In this document: positions 41,401-53,407 of the stretch, piece after piece
How positions within the stretch are numbered: position 1 is the stretch's first letter
Layout: each line of letters begins with the position of its first letter
Assembly: GCA_051294905.1 (NCBI GenBank)
Contig: CM119371.1
Coordinates: forward strand, 26,848,001-26,912,000
Direction of reading: 5' to 3'
DNA from: Botryllus schlosseri
Lineage: Eukaryota
Length of the DNA: 64,000 nucleotides
Program-made: the position numbers and the translations under genes
The notes under the pieces: generated by a model
Databases searched by the model: none
Told to the model about the DNA's origin: nothing
The model's input: only the letters and a program-made list of their open reading frames with translations

Positions 41401-42750
41401 TTTAATACTGCTTCTGATAACCTTACTGTGAATCTAAATAATAACTGTATCTCACTGTGTGACTCAGCAAAATATCTTGGAATCATCATTGACTCTAAAT
41501 TGTCATGGAAACCGCATATTGCTCATACCATAACACAGCTTTCTAGATGTGTAGGTGTAATGACAAAACTCAAGCACATAGTTCCTAGATCTGTGCTTAG
41601 GACAATTTACTTTTCGCTTTTTTACTCGTATGTACAGTATGGCATAATTGTATGGGGGAATGCTTGTACTTCACATTGTTCTAAAATTCGTACCCTGCAA
41701 AACCGAGCCATGCGTTTGATGGCTGGCTTGCCCCATCGAACAAGATTATCCCAGTACTACCGCAAATACAATATTCTATAATTTGGCGATATTTTTACAC
41801 TTGAAGTAGCTAAATTTATGCATCAATATTTTTCAAATGAATTGCCTCCTGTGTTCAATGATTTCTTCGTCCTTGCTCAAACTGTTCACTCACACAATAC
41901 CAGATTTTCTTCCCAGGGCAACATCTATTTTCATCGACCCACCAGTAACCTCACAAAGAAATCGATCGACTATGCCGGTCCTGTCATATGGAATGCTATA
42001 CCCTCTTCAATACGGGACCTCCCATACCACTCCTTCAAAAAGGAATTATTCAGTCACCTCATCACCCATTACCAATGATCCGCTTGTCTCCCACCAAATT
42101 TGTAGTTTCTTTAGTATTTTATTTTCATGCTGAGCTGAATTGATTGATCCCAACCAATGCATCCAAATTTATAACACAATATCTGTATTTGTTAATGCAG
42201 GGTGTGATCAGACTAGTTGACCCTACCCAGAGTCATATCGGTCACACCCTGTCCTATACCGTAAGTTCATTTATTGTTGTTGCATGTGCCAATGATGTTT
42301 TCTTTACGGTTGGACAAATCAATAAATATCTCTCTCTCTCTCTCTCTCTTCTTTTATGAGGATTTGTCCTCTTTTTGAGACGTTCGGTTAAATATAGGGT
42401 TAACATTCGACTGAGCTACAGTAAATCAGCGCTGAAGTAACGTTGCAGCGGCTATTTCGAGAGATGAGCCGGAAAGTTGACCTTTTTTATAGTCAACGAA
42501 CGGACAATGTGAAGAAAAATATGTATTTCTGGAGTTGAGCGGGAAAGTTGACCTATTTTCTGTTTTTAGTCAACCAACAACGAAGTGGGAAAAATTCACA
42601 TTAAAAAAAAAAATTTCCCAGGTATTGTAAGTCTGAAAATTTTGAAAAAGTGTCCTCTTTTCAGACTTCCAAAAACTGGTAGCCCTAGTCACAGTGTATA
42701 CAAGCCTGATGCAATTTAGAGTGGTCTTAATATAGTACAGTAAATAACGT

Positions 42751-42986
42751 TTATTCATCATCATCGTTATTGACAAAATACACTAAGCACTTAATGACAA
42801 CGAATATGACAAGGTACATTACAGAGGCTATCATATATACGAAGTAGTCGCAATGACGGGTGGAGTGTGCCCCGTCCTCTCTTGCTTGGCCCGCGGTTCC
42901 TTCTCGACATAGGTAGCGGCCCATCGAAATCCAAAATAATGTCATAAACAAGATCAGAAAGACGCCGCAATGCATCATGGGAAAAC
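42751..42986 (-). CDS. Copy 3 of unknown 2-TM protein family, terminal exon
   Basis: ORF 42751-42978 is colinear with copies 2 and 4. Acceptor ttttctcag| at 42987. The upstream ATG of copies 2 and 4 is out of frame here. Confidence 0.8.
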
Positions 42987-43895
42987 CTGAGAAAAGATTC
43001 TCATGTTTCCGAAACGCAGTCGACTGAGAATAGGAATATTTAGCTGCATATATGTACCAAAGGTGGTCAGTAATGAAGTAGGCCTAATTCGACTTATTCG
43101 GGCTCCTCAAAGTCGATTTAACTGACTGCACTCTAGTCCGTGGTTCGGTTTCAGACAGCGTCAAGTTATCTAGGACAGCTACTGCTTTCAATTCATAGCT
43201 TTTTGAATAGTGGAAAACAGTCTTGGACTACTTGCTTATTTTCTGTCTATTCATTTTGTACTTCTACCTGAAGCAATTTTGAATGCTTGAGAATTGCTAC
43301 TTTACATGGATTTAAGTAAAATTTACGGCGTTACTCCGACTACTATACCAGTGGTTCCCAACCTTTTTCGACTCATCGCCCCCTTTTGAAGCTCCACATG
43401 GATCATCATCCCCGAAATATTGGGCACCGAAAAATGGGCATACAAACTGGGATCGCCGACGAGTTGACTAATTAAAAAAGGTCAACTTTTCGGCTCGACC
43501 TCGAAATTTCACTTCCACAGCTAAATATTCGTGAGTTGACTAAATAAAAGGTCATTTCTCCGACTTGACACCAATCAGGACCATAACAGCCCTCGTCAGC
43601 CCCCCCAAATAAAAACGTAAGTCTTTGGTCCCATAGGGTGATAAGCCAAACCCCAGACCTCCTTAGCTAGTGGGCTTTTCGTCGCTACATATCAGCTATA
43701 CCCTATTTCATGTACTGTTTGGTGAGTCATCGTATCTCGCCTAAACGCGCGAAAAGTTTATATAATTCATGTTTGAATCGGTCAATGTGGTCGGGAATTG
43801 CATATATATTGCTATCTATTTTTTTATCCTCTTTCTGCTCACGTAATGAGACTTACCGGTAGAGCCGAGTGTGGTATGTTGGAAAAGGTATAGGA

Positions 43896-45411
43896 TAGGG
43901 TTGTCATACGTCCGGAATTTATCGGACATGTCCGGAATTTCATTGTTAAAACTGCGTCCGGGAGGAATTTCCAAAATATGCCTAAATGTCCGGAATTTTG
44001 AAGACTTGAAGTAAGTTCATAATTCTTTCCTGAATCAACATAAACGATATTATTTTTGAGAAGATTTGCGCAACATGAAATTTTTCTTCGCGCTGCGCGC
44101 GATTTAGTATAACACATATTGCGTTTAATATGGGGACAACCACCCTCGCAAAATAGCATTCATTTACAGAAATAAGTTTAATTGTAATCGCAGTTTCAAG
44201 ATAACGGTAAATTAATTGAGTCGGTTTAGGCCGTTTGGATGCTTTATTCAAAAATAGTGGTTCTAAATCTAGGGGAGTTTGCCTTTATTCTGGGGTTCGG
44301 CAAGATGTTGAACCTTAACAGCTTCCAAAATAGGCCGTAGTAAGCTGGGCAAATGTGCCACCCTTTAATTTGTAATCAAGTTATCAAATTTTTGAGCTGG
44401 GCCACGGAACATTTTCAAATTGCAAATGGATTCATGACCATAAAAAGTTGGAAATCACTGGATATGCGGTGATTGTATAGGTAAGTGGGAAGCGAGGGGG
44501 GTAGTTGGTTAAGCACCAGCGCCACGACACCAATGGCAGTGGTTCGAATCCCGGTTCGGACTAACTTCTATGTGTTAGAGGTTATACGGGCTCCTCATCG
44601 CCGACCTCACCGCCATTGCGGTGAATTAAAAAGCTCAGATATGACAGTGGGTCGAGCAATAAGTCGACGATAAAGAACCGATGAAAGCCTTAAAGATACA
44701 GAGACTGCTGAAAGAGCGCACGGGCGATTGAACATGAAGAAATGCATTGACCTGTGTGATAAAATGTGATGTAGTGGAGCACAAAGCCCTAATCGGGCTA
44801 TAAGCACCACGGTTGTATGTTGCTCCCCGGGTTATGTGTGTATCTACCAGTTTTACTGTGAATAAAGAAATATTAATATAGGTCAGTGGTGTGGTGCGCA
44901 CCGGCATTAGGCTGATAAATAATCCTATCGGTGTGACATGATCACGACGATCTACACGATGTACAATCACGGTCCTTGCATTTTTGAAGTCATCATTCTC
45001 CACCAGCTCTATACCGCTAACTCTGATCATGTGGGCGAAGAGAGGATCAAATTATAGAGTAAATAGGGAAAAACCAATATTCATTCAAATAATTTCACGA
45101 CCATATGCATATAGAAACTAGATGCACATGGTATGCACCCAGAAATTACATCGATTATACCCTACGGTGGGCCCAAGATCAGGGTTTGCTTGGGCGGGAG
45201 TGGGCTGAAAAATGTGACTTCGGCCCTGGTTACAAGTTACACACAACCACATATACTCCTCAACCGGATTGTGACCAACTTTAGTCGATAGACAAAGCTT
45301 TGCTGGTGTGACGTCATATTGATCGACAATATGCTCATGCCTCATTTTGAAATCCGCTGGGAGGCGCTAAAGAGCGTCCAGAATTTGTGTTACAAAAATA
45401 TGGTAACCCTA
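43896..45411. mobile_element. TAGGGTT(G/A) hAT MITE nested in 43349-46109
   Basis: tagggttgtcata...tatggtaacccta; perfect TSD gtatagga. Confidence 0.88.
44487..44876 (+). mobile_element. SINE with family-A tRNA head and a different 3' body
   Basis: gggaagcgag...gttcgaatcccggttc; TSD tataggt(a/c)agt. Confidence 0.8.
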
Positions 45412-46934
45412 GTATAGGACCCCTAAATAATACTTGATGATTTCAAATTGGTATTTCTTTGCTGGCAAGTAATTTTTTCCTTGCGGGATGGCATTTGTCC
45501 TGTAGGGTTAAGGTCGCCAGGACAGGATTATTCGACGCCAGGCATTTAGGCGCCTATCGACAATTAAACATATATGTATATATATCGAAGTTTTCGGTCA
45601 GCATAAGGACATTCATTTTCGGTCAGGGTCTTCTCGCTGCTGACGGCACATTTCTTGGAGTCGCATGTTACATGGCCTCTAACTTCATATGTCTTGGTGC
45701 GTCGCGGCGCAGTAATATCCGACGCTGAAGTCTTCCACTTCCATGAATCATGCGTATTTTTATCGAGTGACGGGTACCCCAAATAAAGATCTATTAAAAT
45801 ACGAATTCGCGCACAGCGCGAAAAATTTGTAAAGAAGTTGCATGAATTTCTGAAAAATTACTGCATAATTTATGTTAATTCACGAAATAATTTTGGGCCA
45901 TCTTCGAGTTCGGGCCGCCACCCCCAATTGAAGGGTTTGAGTGCGGCAGTTACGGTCCTGACTCCAATATAGCTGTTTCAACGCGCCATCGCCCCCCTAT
46001 CGCCCCTTTCGTCAGTTTTCGCCCACCTATCGTCCCTTCGTTATTTTCGCCCCCCTAGACCACCAAATCGCCACCTGGGGGGCGATATCGCCCACGTTGG
46101 GAACCACTGTACTATACTATACTTGAGTGACAGCGTTGCCTACCTTCCTTCACAACTTCCTACTACAGTGGTTCTCAGCAGCAAGTCGTTGCAAGATATA
46201 GGCCTACTAGACTTTTATATCTCAATTCCAAAAGGCAAGAAATTTGACGTTTGTGCATTAAAACACCAAACATCACAATTTAAACATTGAATCATATTGT
46301 TCTGCGTGGCGTCTTAACGTGGAGTTCATAGTGTGTCTTTGAATTAGCGTACGACAGAATGCTGCAAGTGTTGTACAAAACTGTTTAAAATGAGCCTATC
46401 ACGAGCCGTTAACGTGAAAGCTTAAAAAGATGTTTAAACAAAGTTCGTTACATTATGATGGTACAATTTAGCGATAATTAGTAGTACAATATGGAGGCAA
46501 GAGAACAGCTAACTCGGATTTATTTCAAGGGAGACCAAATGATCAAACTCTGAAGTTGGGAGGTTTAAACTTCAATATAGCAGCTTAAAACATGTTTAAT
46601 GAAAGAGCAGTAATAAATAATTTCGAATATGTACTGATAGATTGAATACTTTTGCCGTAAATTTGCCGGTCCGCACAGTTGATGTTTCATACCGGTACGC
46701 AAGATCAAAGAGGTTGAGAAAAACTGGCCTATACTACAAGCGTTATATCTTATAAAGAGCAAATTTATATACTTATCAGGCGTAGCCAGGATTATGTTAC
46801 ACAGCGTGAGATGAGACGGTGCCCTTATACACTATACCTTATAAACTGTTGCAGCATTTCAACAAAGTGTTTTGAATATAACTCAAAATCTATCATTTGT
46901 AGGTAACAAACGTTCATGCCCTTGTGTGTCGGAC

Positions 46935-47202
46935 AGAGAGAGAGAGAGAGAGATGGTATTCTTTTCCGCCTGCACCATCGAGATGCCTTGACGACGGAGA
47001 TGCGATACGGCCTTTGTAGCAAGGTCATCTAGTCTGCACCCCCGTTTTTTTCTCTCTCATGCTATCCGTGATTGCTGAGTGCCTATAGCAGGATAGCCGC
47101 GGATACCAGTTTTCGAGTCTTTGGTCTGACCTGGCCGGGGATCGAACCCGCGGCCACCGATCGAAAAGCCGGACGCACACCCATTACACTATCTCGCTCG
47201 GT
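46935..47202 (-). mobile_element. SINE family B
   Basis: Close match to 9316-9581; (TC)n tail; empty site at ~56871. Confidence 0.9.
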
Positions 47203-47538
47203 ATAAAAGTAGAGGTGGCAGAGAAATGATGTTATATTCAATACTTCACAATATCTCCTACTTATATCTTCACCACCTAAATTTCAATATAAAGAACATA
47301 TTTAATTAAATAAGGTGATTATGCCAGAATCGTGGCTCCAAGTTTTAATGTTTAGAGATATGAGGTAGCCTACTATATGCAGATAATTTTAGACGCCACT
47401 GACAGCAGGATGAATATTAGGAGAAAAATACCAATCAATATCATATTATAAAAGAGGAAGCTGCGACTTAATTTTGTCAAGAATATTTAGCTGCGATTCA
47501 TGTCATTGAATATGATTTTTATGTTGTATGCATCTCAC

Positions 47539-47646
47539 CGTAAAAGAAGCGAGGATATATCCTTTGCTCCAAGAATGTGGCAGAGTGACCAGGGTTCTGT
47601 CTCAACTCTCTTCTCTCATCGACGATTCGGGGGGATCGAATCCTTT
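47539..47646 (-). CDS. Putative internal exon of copy 3 (108 nt, ...HSATFLEQRIYPRFFY)
   Basis: Conserved acceptor and donor; open frame. Confidence 0.55.
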
Positions 47647-48757
47647 CTGTATCGGTAATAAAATATGGCTACGCATTTCGTGTCCTGATCAAAATTTTAC
47701 ACACAATCAAAAACGGGTATAAATCAAACTTGTGACATTTTCAGGCAATACGTTTAAATTTCTTCCCGATAACAGTTTAGGTAATGATCCATGCATACTA
47801 AATAACACGATATATGAGCACTTTGAAATTCGACAGAAAATCGGGAATCTCTGTAGAACGAATATTTTGAGCAGTGGTAAACTATATACGTTTGGCAACC
47901 GGGCCTGACGTAACTTATGCGGTAAAACAGCGGATAACACATGTGCTCACCAGTATTAGTTGCAAAGCGCGTTGTCTCATTTATAACTGTTACCGTTGTG
48001 GCGAGACCTATCAACGAAATCAGAGACCTATCAATGAAATCCTCTATACTACTGTTGTTGTTCAGCCGTAATGTTGACGATACATTACTGATTTCACTGC
48101 AGTGTTTCTGAAACTGGTATCCTCTTTGAGGCATTCGAAGTCCACGAATGACCCACAAATAGGGATGGTGTGAACGCGGGGTTCGCGGTCTCGTTCTGTG
48201 TGTGAACCTCAGCAATTTGGAGGTTCTCGTTCACAAACGAACCTTGGTAGGTTCTGCACTGTGATCCTTTGTCATATATGACAATTTTCATTTCGTAACA
48301 ACATCTTTGGTTGAATTTTTTGCATTTCAACTGCGGGCAATTCTATGCATAGCGCTGGCAGCATAAAAATCAACACTCACAGAATATGTACCTGGACAAT
48401 CTCAAAAATTTTACTTGCTTTGTTACAAAAGTTTACTCGAAATATCCATATTTCCGTTTGCGAATATTCAGTGACTGTCTACTGTGAGCTTGAGCCGCAA
48501 TGACACGGCATCAAGAAAGAAACACACTACATGTAGTCAGCGAATGATGCTTATTGACGGTAAATTCAATGGCATGGCCATACAATATACTTTTGCAGGT
48601 AAGCATGCGTGACTGGAAAATGCCAAATAGTGTCCAATTACACTTTGAAATTAATTTTTGAACTTAGTTTGTACTCAGTTCCGCAAGCCAAATCGCTAAG
48701 AATGAAACTCTTTAGGCCGACATCCGAAACAAGCCCGAGCATTCAACCATCACTCAC

Positions 48758-48827
48758 CATTAGAATCTTCATCACTGTGGTCTTCGTCTGAAGCTTCCTC
48801 AGCGGTGTTATCCACTCTTCTCCTCAT
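48758..48827 (-). CDS. Putative first coding exon of copy 3 (MRRRVDNTAEEASDEDHSDEDSN)
   Basis: ATG plus consensus donor g|gtgagt. Confidence 0.5.
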
Positions 48828-51615
48828 ATCGTTGGTAATGCAGCTACCAAAAGCTCAAGTTTAATAGGGAGCCTATACTTGTTGAAAGTAATAGGGTAAA
48901 CTAGAGGATAAATATGAATATAGTTATATCTGAGTATGAAATCCGAAGCAGTTAACCACAAACTATTCGTGATGCTACTTACCACCGCACAGCAATACCG
49001 TTAAGCGTACAGAGAATGCTGTGTAGACGATGCTGTGCGTTATGTTCGTCTGGTGTTGATTGCCAATGCGAACGGACCCAAGGCCAATAATTAGATGAAG
49101 AAGCACCTGGAAGAAACATCTAATCACTAATTACCTTTTCAAAAACGTTATGTCAATGTCAAACCACTATGACGCTACAATTGAATATTCGTGACGTCAT
49201 GGCATGAAGAACAAACAATAAATAAAAAACAAATTTTAAACAAGGGCCTTATTTTAAACATGTTTGTTTCAAATTGATTTTTGTTTCAGATGTAACCATA
49301 TACACAGTTATATATATATCATTAGTAGGAAAATATATATCAAGAAGAGGTCAAGTAGTTTTTCCAGTAAATGACCTGTAACTGGTCATATTTATACGTA
49401 AATCGACAGCTAAGATCCGAGGTCAAATTTTGTCTATAGGAATATCTTGGATGTCTGCTGCCGTTCTCTTGGACGTCTAAGGTACAGGAAAATGTCGTTT
49501 CAGACTCGAGAATGTGAGCATAGCTCCTATAGGTAGCTCAGATTCGTTGTTGGTATGTCATTGCAAAACCGATGACATCGAATTATTTACATTATCGTTT
49601 CGATATGTCGTCATTGGCAGGATCAGTTCCTGAAAACACGAAACCAGAGAGTGCAAATCGCGCCGAGGCCTAAAAAATGTTCAAATTGATCGTATAGCGG
49701 ATCCCGAATGGCCTATATGCTGATAAACCAACGTTGTCGAGAGGTTAAGATTCAGCGGATATACTTTCTCTCATTATAACGCTTGTTCAATGTGAAATAT
49801 TTCGAATATTTTTCCGACCTGACTCTTGCTTCTGATCATTCCGATAGTTTAGGATGGGTTTTGGGGGCATCAATGATAGAGAAGCCCCTGCAGAACGGTC
49901 CAGTTTCAGGTTTCAGTCATATTCGATAGGATACAAGAACTTCTAGTGGGAAAATGTGAATATAGTAAAACATTGTCGTGCATTTTACTAGAAATAATAG
50001 CGTAGAGATCAAGTTGCTGGGGAAGGTGATTACACGGGCTCACGAATCTTGGTTGGTTATTCTAATATCGATTACTGAAACTTGAAACGAGCCTTCAAAA
50101 ATATTTCTATACTTTAAACTCGATTATTCAAACTTGAAAGGTTGCCTAATTACAATGATAAATATAATGTTGTTACCTAGGTCCCACAACTAACAGAAAT
50201 ATACGTTTAGTTTGGTTGTTGTATGGCAGTGGTCGGCAACCTTTATCCGATGCGACCCCAGTTTAAACGAAAACAAACTCATTCGACACATTTTGCCTTG
50301 CAATACGTAGAAGAGCATTCGCGGGATTGCTTAAACTGTTGCGTTGACCCCATAATAGAGCAATCTAATTTCAGACAACTATTCGAAACTGACTGTTTCT
50401 ACGAACATATGAAGTCAATTTCAACAACACTAATTGTCACCGTCTAATTTGCACTGGTAATGCCATAGCTGAGCCTCTAGTTGTGCCTCCACCAGTTGCC
50501 GAATCCTCGGCTTGACTTTTCATACGCTCAACAATGTCTCATTCTCTGCTTGAATTTGACGACAAATGAATGCTAAATTTATAGTTTCTACATACCACGT
50601 ACGTGGGCCTACATACGTGCATAGGTGGTTAATTAGGCTAGTAGATTTGTTATTCAAGTAATGGAATAATTAGCGACGTGAACCTTTACTTAATTATGAG
50701 TAGAAATGACAATTTCCAAGACACGTTCAACCCACTTCAAATGGAAGTATAAATGAAATGAAAGAAATGAAAACCAAAATTAATATTTAAATTATATACT
50801 GCCTCAGTATGAGTTGTGCTGAATTTAATTGACTATGAGTATGGGTATGAGTATGAGTTGATCAGAATGTAATTAATGACATTTCTTCGTGTAATTGTAA
50901 TTGTAATTGTAACTGAAGCATTTCTATTTTGTGTAATGGTAATACGATAAAAAAAATTCCTAATTACAATTACAATTTCAATTACGTTGATATTGAAACT
51001 TGACAATCACAACATAAAATATTTATCCTAATTTCATCGGTGTTCTATGCGTGCCTCGTTGACTAGGTAATTCAGCATATCTGCACTAATTCCCATACTT
51101 CAGTAGCAACAGAAAACTTAGTGAATTACAATATAGGCTAAATCAGTGGTTCCCAAACTGGAGTGCGTGTCCCCCTTCGGAGGCGTGAAAGCATCTGAAG
51201 GCGGACGCGAAGCTCCGGTAAAGTGAAAAAAATTTCCGCGCTTTGCGCAATTTACCTCCATTTCATATTTATTGCTCTGTGTATCGTCCGAATTTCATAT
51301 TGGAGAATTCTTTCATCAACAGTCATAACCTTCCATACCATCAAACTATCTGTAAGGATGGCTAAGATTATGGTTTCATTGTGTGATATGACGATAAGGG
51401 GGGCACGAATAATTTCACTGTCATAAAGAGGGGGGGGCGTGTCTAAAAATCTGAGAACCAGGGGGGTAAACTAAATCTTAATATTTATAAAAAATCGATG
51501 AACAGCAAATAAACTTTGCTGAAGCATGTGCTGAAACATTTCCAACACCACGGTCATGTTTTTTTTCAAATGGGCGTACCACCAACCATAGAACGGCGAG
51601 AAGACTAAACATCGC

Positions 51616-52506
51616 TAGGGCGTTTTTTTGTTTGACCTAAAAAACGGAATATTTTGACCTAAAAATCATAATTTTGACCTTTTTTTACCTAAAAAAACTG
51701 AATTTCGACCAAATTTTGACCTCACGTATGCAAATTAGGTGTTTTCGCACATAATGTGAAAATTGTACTATATATCTTCATTTCTGGTTATAACTGTCTG
51801 TCCTTACGAAGTATTTTGACCTGAAAACACTTTTTTTGGCTTGAAAACTGACAAATTTTTACATGATAAAAACTAGTATTTCTACAAAATCTTGCCTTAT
51901 GACGAATTCCAGTAGTTACATCACGAATTATGGTAGAAATAATTAAAATTTGTTGTAGTACAACGAAAGATACTTTCCTACATTCTCGGGTAGAAAGTGT
52001 CTGTCCTTACTTAGTAGCTTGTCAAGAATGGAGAAGGAACGTTCGGCAGCAGCACTTTTCGCCTTTTTGGCTGACAACACTGAGGTTGTGCGTACACTGC
52101 TGGTGACACACCGTGTTGCTTCATTTTGAAAATGCTATCTACATCACAATTTTTCATCATGCGCTTCTTGATATAAGAAGCATGCAATGCCCACGCAGTC
52201 TTGCTTCAGTTAGGATATAGAGGCACATTGAACAAACACCACGTCAGCCTATTTGTTTCGTTTGAATATTTATGATTAACAATGAGTAGACAATGGGCCG
52301 TCTACAACGGTAGGCCTATAAGGTAGGCTACAAGCTGTAAAATGTCAAATAATAAGTTCACCGACAGTGCAAAATCTATGATACAAACGAAATGCCGGTT
52401 GCAAAAAAGTTTCAACTTTTTAAACAATCTTGACATTTTTTCACCTAACGCTACAATTTTGACCTAATTTTGACTTTTTTTGACATGTCAAAAAAGAATC
52501 GCCCTA
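51616..52506. mobile_element. hAT-type MITE, paralogue of 32407-33294
   Basis: Same site and sequence; tagggcg...cgcccta termini. Confidence 0.85.
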
Positions 52507-53407
52507 GTCATCACGAAATCATCACGGTTCTTGATTGGCCAATCAGCTATGCTTCAATGATCATGGCAGCAACCGCTTGATGATAAGGTGTTCAAGGAGT
52601 CTGCTAGTGGCGGTGATTCTGAAAGCGCATTGTAGGTTGGTTGTCAAATAATGAGTTAGGCTTAATTCAGGGTATGTTGAGTTACGAAATACTTGGTGAA
52701 CAAACAACAGCTGCCTCACAAAAGCTTCTAAAGCATGACCGCTTTATTGTGAAGAAAACCGCTGTATCCTGCATGCCTTGATTTCACCGAGGGAAAGCAA
52801 AGAATCCGTAGGCGCTCATGCAAGTGGCGAACGAATTGCTCGTTTCAGAAAGAATCCATCATCATTGAATACAAATATAAAGCTTAACAATGACTCTACA
52901 CTTTGTGTGATCTTATTGGGCTCAAGTTGTATTTCATAAATTGACTTATTGAATGCTCTTCGGCAGAATCAGCCGGTTATGCTTGGCACTTATCAGATGC
53001 TTACAGCAAATTGAATTCACTGGTAAGTGTTGTCGAAGTCCTTAATGATGACGAGGAAAAGTGGTGTAAATGTAAGCACATGACTACGCAGCATGTGATA
53101 TCCATACTATGCGGGCTATAACGCAGAGCGAATGTTCGTAGATGTTATACTTGTGTAATCTGACTCTAAAAGGTTACTTGTTGCATTCGTTGCGTATATC
53201 TTTCCGTTCGACTGACCGGCAATCCACGCCGTGGATTGCCTCGTTGGCTGACGTACCACGAAGCATGTCTATTGCACACGTATTCGAAGATCACACGGAC
53301 GAATGTTTTGTTTCTGTCTCCACGACTTGTAGATTTATTGAATCAACGTACGACGACGTAATATCTTTTCTATCATATATTGAATTGAATTGAATATCTA
53401 TCTACGC

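Larger units (their letters stand above)
34325..42349 (+). mobile_element. 5'-truncated CR1/L2-group LINE, split by nested insertion 34989-40739
   Basis: KPWI, KAVGPD, ARVIP|VHKKG..SNYRPIS, FIDLRKAFDTV, GVPQGSVLGP, FADD and YLG motifs; in-frame stops at ~34430 and ~41780; aataaa-(TC)n tail. Confidence 0.93.
43349..46109. mobile_element. CAGTGGTTCCCAAC MITE containing further insertions
   Basis: 14-bp TIRs; perfect TSD tactatac; empty site at ~20600. Confidence 0.92.
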
